Source: the human T2T-CHM13v2.0 reference genome, Homo sapiens
DNA length: 64,000 nt
NCBI RefSeq assembly: GCF_009914755.1
Contig: NC_060935.1
Direction: 5' to 3' (one strand)
Below are positions 57,571 to 64,000 of the stretch, piece by piece. A program made the translations under genes and the position numbers. Position 1 is the stretch's first letter; every line of letters starts with the position of its first letter. Below the pieces are notes generated by a model. That model was given only the letters and a program-made list of their open reading frames with translations, had not been told where the DNA came from and searched no databases.

Positions 57571-60358
57571 AAGGTTTCCATTTTCTGTGCTACTCCAAAA
57601 TCCTCTCCCTTGCATGTCATGGAATGCAGCCAGCCTAACTTCCTAAACTCAAAAACATCCCATTGAAATTCCTGGTACTCAAGGCTCCTGCTCCCACGGT
57701 AGGACAAGCTTCAGGCTCCCCCAGGTGCAGTGTGGGCCAGGAGCTTGAACTATTCCTGTGTTGGCCTGGGTCAAGCTGTGAGTCTGATTCTTTTCTCGCT
57801 AGAGCAGGAGAAGGGGGGCAGTATGAAATTGTAACTATGGTTCCTGGAAGCCAGGACAACCATCTTTCCTCCTTCCATTCATACTTACAGTCATGCATCC
57901 ATTCAGCTAATATACACCAAACACCAACCATGCATAAGCCAATATGTTTAGTGCTGTTTGGACACCAAATGCATCAGGTATGGGTCCATCCTCAAGGACC
58001 TTCCACTCTGTAGGGTGAATACAATAGACATATAAATCTCATAAATACCAGGAAGACTATTTTAAGTGCCATTAGAAAGATGAAATTAAGTGCCACTAGA
58101 GAGATGCCATTAGAGAGATACAATGTTGAAGCTTAGGTAGAAGGAGATTACTTCCAAATAAAGGATCAAGAACACTTTACAGAGAGGGTGACCCTTGTGC
58201 TAGGCCTGGAAGATCAAATGGCAAAAGAATACAGGGGTATTCCTACACAGATAGAACTACATGCACAAGGGCTTGGAAGCAGGAAAGCAGAAGACGTATG
58301 AAGGACAACAAAGTGTTTGTCAGTCTGATGGGAGTTTAATTGAAAGTAGACCAGGGAGAAAGAGAGTTGGAAAGACAGAGACATGTCGGCTCTTAGAGGC
58401 CTCTGAGAGCCAAATCAGGGATCTTAGTTTTTCTCTGGGGAATCACAGAAGTTTTCTGAGAAAAGAATGATGGGTCAGAGATTATGCTTCTGAAAGATGA
58501 AGCAATACTCAGAGGTCTAGGGGCTACGGCAGAAAAATCTGTTCAAGTGGTCCACGAGGGCTAATGATCACAGGAGGGACAAGGGAGAGAGAGAACTGAG
58601 GTAAGCAGCAAGTGCAGGATGAGAATTTCTGCCTTTGAAGCTCAGGCTGAACAGAAAAATCAGTAGGCAGTGGCCAGGGTGGCTAAGAGGCTACACAGGC
58701 AGAGAAGAGCTGGAGAGCCAGCTCTTGGGAGGGGACAGCGAAGGAGTGGGAGGTGGAAACAGACAGGAGACCAGGGAAGGGAAGGGAATCTCCGAGTTCA
58801 GCATCCTAAAAGTGAAACTGCTCCAAGTGATAAAGCCAAAGGTACCCGAAGAGGAATGAAGACGAAGTCCTTAGAGTTGGAAGGATGGAGGGACTGTGAG
58901 GCCGGAGCATTGATGGATTCTCAGTATGAATCCTCAAATCCTAATTATGCCAAAAAGAGGACATATGAAGAAGGTTGTTAACAGTTAGCCTGAAGTCAAT
59001 AGGCAGGTAAGGGCACCAAGAGTGAGCAGAGGAGGGACTAACTTCTCATGGGAAAGGTTGCCAGCCCGGGCTTGGAAGCAACGTGGGGAGTTCAGAGCGA
59101 GAGTTGGGAGGAGGTGAGGTGGCTTCATTGGAGAGGGTCACAAGGAAAGTAAGATCTTCAGGGAAAAGCCAGCTTTTGGCTATAACAAAGAGGTAGGAAT
59201 GTTCTAGGAAAAGCCACCAAAGAAGGGGCAATACCACTTTTTGTCTATTACACTGGGCAAGATGATAAAACTATTCCCAGAGTCAGGCAGGGTGTGGCAA
59301 GCTGGGCACTCTCATATACTGTTGGATGTTCTGTAAACCAGTATAATTTTTCTGGAAAACAATTTAGGAATACACACACACACACACACACACACATAAC
59401 CTCACAAGGATAACCTATACAAAGTTAAAAGATAAGCCACAGACAGGAAGAAAATAATTACAGAGCACATAACTGACAAGTGATTAAAAATCAGAACATA
59501 TTAAGAACTTCTAAAGGAAAAAGACGAAAACCCAACTGAAAAATAAGTAAAAGATATGAACAGAGAATTCAAAGAAAATAAAATATTGCTCAATCTCTTT
59601 GATAAATTGGGAAAATGCAAATTAAAGTGATGAGATATTATATCATACTTAGACTGGAAAATACTGAGAAGCATGGGATCTCCAAGTGTTAGCAAAAATA
59701 AGGGGAAATGAACACTTATATACATTGGTGGTAAACACATAACAACTACTATAGAGAACAATCTGGAATTACCTAGTAAAGCTAAAGAATCATACTCCCC
59801 ACCACATCACTTCCATTCCTAGGTAGCTGGCGTACACAAACTCTTGCACAGTCATTACAATAGTGTCTGTAATACACAAAAATTAGACTTTAACCATTTC
59901 TCACTGCCATATAATGGTGCATTATACACCAATTAAACCAAATGATTTTACACATGAAAACTTTTTAGAAATGACTTTGAATGAAAAAAAATCAACCTGC
60001 AAAAGGTTTGCCTGCAAGAATAGTATCATGTGTATAACATTTTAAAACACAATACTATACATTATTTATGGACACATGTATGTAAAAGGATAAGATATGC
60101 ACAGTAATGAGGCTTTTATCAGTATCAGGAGGAGGAAAGGACTGCAGAAAGCTTTAGTCATATTTGTCCAATTTTTTTTCCTGAGCCTCCAAGCATGAGT
60201 ACATATTTGTCAAACTTAAAAAAAATTTATGTTAACAGATCTGAAGCCAATATGGTACAGTGTTACATTTATGAAATTTGGATGATGGGTACATAGATTT
60301 TTATTATATTAACCTTTTACTTTTCCATATACTTTTCCAAGTTTTAAAAGATATTGTT

Positions 60359-60726
<368 letters not shown>

Positions 60727-60800
60727 CTAGCAATAACTATCCTGAAGTTATACAAGTAGGCACAGCTATACAGATATGTAGATATTTGCCACCACTTACC

Positions 60801-61064
60801 TTTTTTTTTTTTTTTTTTTTCCCAAAGAGATGGGGTCTCGCTCTATTGCCCAGATTGGAGTGCAGTGGCACAATCACAGCTCAACATAGCCTCCAACTCC
60901 TGGGTTCAAGTGATCCTCCCACCTTAGCCTCTTGAAAAGCTGGGACTACAGGCATGTAGCACCACACCAGCTAATTTTTTACTTTTTTCTAGAAATAGCA
61001 TCTCACTACGTTGCCCAGGCTGGTCTCAAACTCTTAGCCTCAAGCAATCCTCCTGCTTTGGCCC
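60801..61064 (-). mobile_element. AluJ
   Basis: Poly-T then antisense Alu, 5' end incomplete. Confidence 0.85.
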
Positions 61065-61951
61065 ACATAGCTATTAATAACAGAAACAACCCAAAAGTCC
61101 ATCGTCAGGTTAACTAAATAACAATTCATCCATACAATGTAATTCTATGCAGCATTAAACATTATAGAGTAGCTCTGTATGTACTGTCTGTGGAATATAT
61201 CCAAGTAATATTAGTCAGAAAAGTAGGTTACAAAATATAAGTGAAAAATGATGGCACTTTGGGGGAAAAAGCAATATATGTTAACACATATGAAGAAGAT
61301 CCCAAAGGACAAGATACACCACAAATTAACAATAATTATGCTATAGGGGATTATGTGACTTTTACTTTCTTCCTAATATTTTTTGTTATTGTCCAAATAT
61401 TCCTCAATGAGCATGTATTTCTTTTATTAGAAAAATCAATAAAGCTAGTTAATTTCACGCAAAAAGAAAATAAGGACAATCTGGTAATAGCAGATGAGTT
61501 TTACTTGAAATAACGGAAAAGGTAAGCAGAAAAAGAGGGAGATATCATAGACAGAAGTATAACAAAAGCTCTACCGAAACGAAGAGCCAGGAGGAAGAGC
61601 AAGGCTTAGAGGTTTTCATCCAGGTTGGGCATTTTCAGCAACAAGAACAAAGAAGGCAAGAGTGAGGAGGACAGCTGGGAGAGCTGTTTGTGACTGAAGA
61701 GCAGAGAGTACAGACAGAACTACACAGTTCTCAAATTCCATACAAAATTTTAATACGTTTTTCACTTCACAGATTCTGAACCTGCCACAGGACCAGCTCC
61801 TTTGGTGAGCGAAGTGTGTGAGCGAAGGAAAGATTCTTGGGTAGAACTTCATAAAGTCTGTCATAAGATCAGCCCCAGAGGAGGAGACTTTTCAGATCCC
61901 ATCCCTCATACACATTCAGAAGGCCAAGGAAACACCCTCAGGATTGAACTA

Positions 61952-62240
<289 letters not shown>

Positions 62241-62248
62241 TTAGCCTA

Positions 62249-62672
<424 letters not shown>

Positions 62673-64000
62673 TTAGGCAAATACGAAACATCTACAACTT
62701 GAAACTAAACAGGGAAGTAATGGCTCTGTGGCCACCTATGATGCAGCATGGAAGTTCTACTGGCACGTGTCTTCTTTCTGGATGTAGTACCCCCTCTAAC
62801 ACAGCCGCCACATGGTAGAGTAGTTGCTAAGAAGCCACAGGAAGGTACAACATCTAAGATGCCACGGGTGTCCATTGAAATTAAGCCATCCTTTTACTTT
62901 TACCCCTAGGCTTTTGGACTTGGACCTCATCCAAGGAGCTGGCTGCCTGCACTTTCACAGACCGTCAGCTTCATCCCCAGGCCCCAAATCCTGAATTTGC
63001 CGTGTCAATGAAAAACCATCATCAGCTTTTCTTTACATTAAAAACTGATTGTGATCATAGCAGTTTTTCCTGTTTTCTGGGATCACTGCTGCGAAGAGGA
63101 AAAGTCACCAGAGGATAAAATGACACACACGCAAACTCTTCTGTGGCTGAAATTCCCCTCACTCTTCCTGCCTCTAACCGAAAAGGAGGATACAGACCAA
63201 GGAGCACTTCATGAAGGTAGTCGCCTCCCTGCCCTGCTGTTTTTCACCTTCAGGAAGAATCACTCCCTCCCAAGTAGGACCTCTCCCTGGTCACTATAAT
63301 CCCATGATTTGTAATGTGGGCTTCATTCCGCAAAAGCCCAGGGCTGGTGTTATCTAGGAGTGATGGCAGTCATTTCCAGATCATGCGCAGTCGCACAGAT
63401 AAGGCAAAGGGCAACTCCTGCCTAGCATGTGTGACCCAAGAGATGACAGAGAAGAGAAGGGAGGAATGCACTCCTTCACCTGGTCCCTCAGCACTGAGCC
63501 AGCCTCCCATTTGTACATGGAAGGAAAGGCCAATACCTGATACTTAAGAAAGAATTAACTGTTAGGTCAGCCCCCTTCCCTCCCAGGCTAGTATAAGGAT
63601 TAAACAAAATAATGTTCTAATAGAAGCAAGAATACAAGTTACATGGCTCTAACTTGGCTCCAATTTCTAGCTGGTAGGAAGTCAATCCTTTTACCTGTTT
63701 TCCAAAGTCTATGGGTCTGCCTTTAGTTGGAAATACAGAATATAGAAGCTATTATAGAACTCGGGGTCTTGAATTACTGTCCAACTCTTCACAAAATTCC
63801 ATCTGAAAGAAGTGATATTTAAGGAAGACTGTCTAAGGGGTATGATATAAATCCATGCCCCTGCATATTTTAGGCTCCATTTTCTAGCAGATCACCTGAA
63901 AGCTACACAGATGTCATTAGCTCAGCTCCTCACAGAGTGGTTTTCACTAAGTTGCAATTTCATGTAAAACATCTGCATTTTGTCTGCAGTCTCTGTGAGA

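Overview
Human (primate) euchromatic DNA lying entirely within the DENND2B (ST5) gene, which runs on the minus strand. The window holds the first three coding exons: the ATG exon (CDS 28456-28377), a 1260-nt symmetric exon (8958-7699) and a 137-nt exon (3973-3837). The CDS continues beyond the left edge, and the main 5' UTR exon(s) are presumably beyond the right edge. The rest is intron, rich in Alu, L1, L2, MIR, MaLR/ERVL/ERV9 LTRs, hAT DNA-transposon relics and microsatellites. I see no clearly new gene or biological system. The best leads are: (1) the 1260-nt exon is stop-free and phase 2-2, so a back-spliced circle would carry an endless ORF, and skipping it destroys a junction-spanning LxRxxS motif; (2) a ~93%-identical 180-bp non-Alu inverted duplication; (3) an antisense, 5'-truncated LTR12 with nine CCAAT boxes about 210 bp from the ATG exon; (4) an AP-1-rich region containing a ~120-bp local duplication and a hairpin; (5) a trimeric Alu; (6) a (CG)9 Z-DNA tract. 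Repeat boundaries and subfamilies were called by eye and are approximate.
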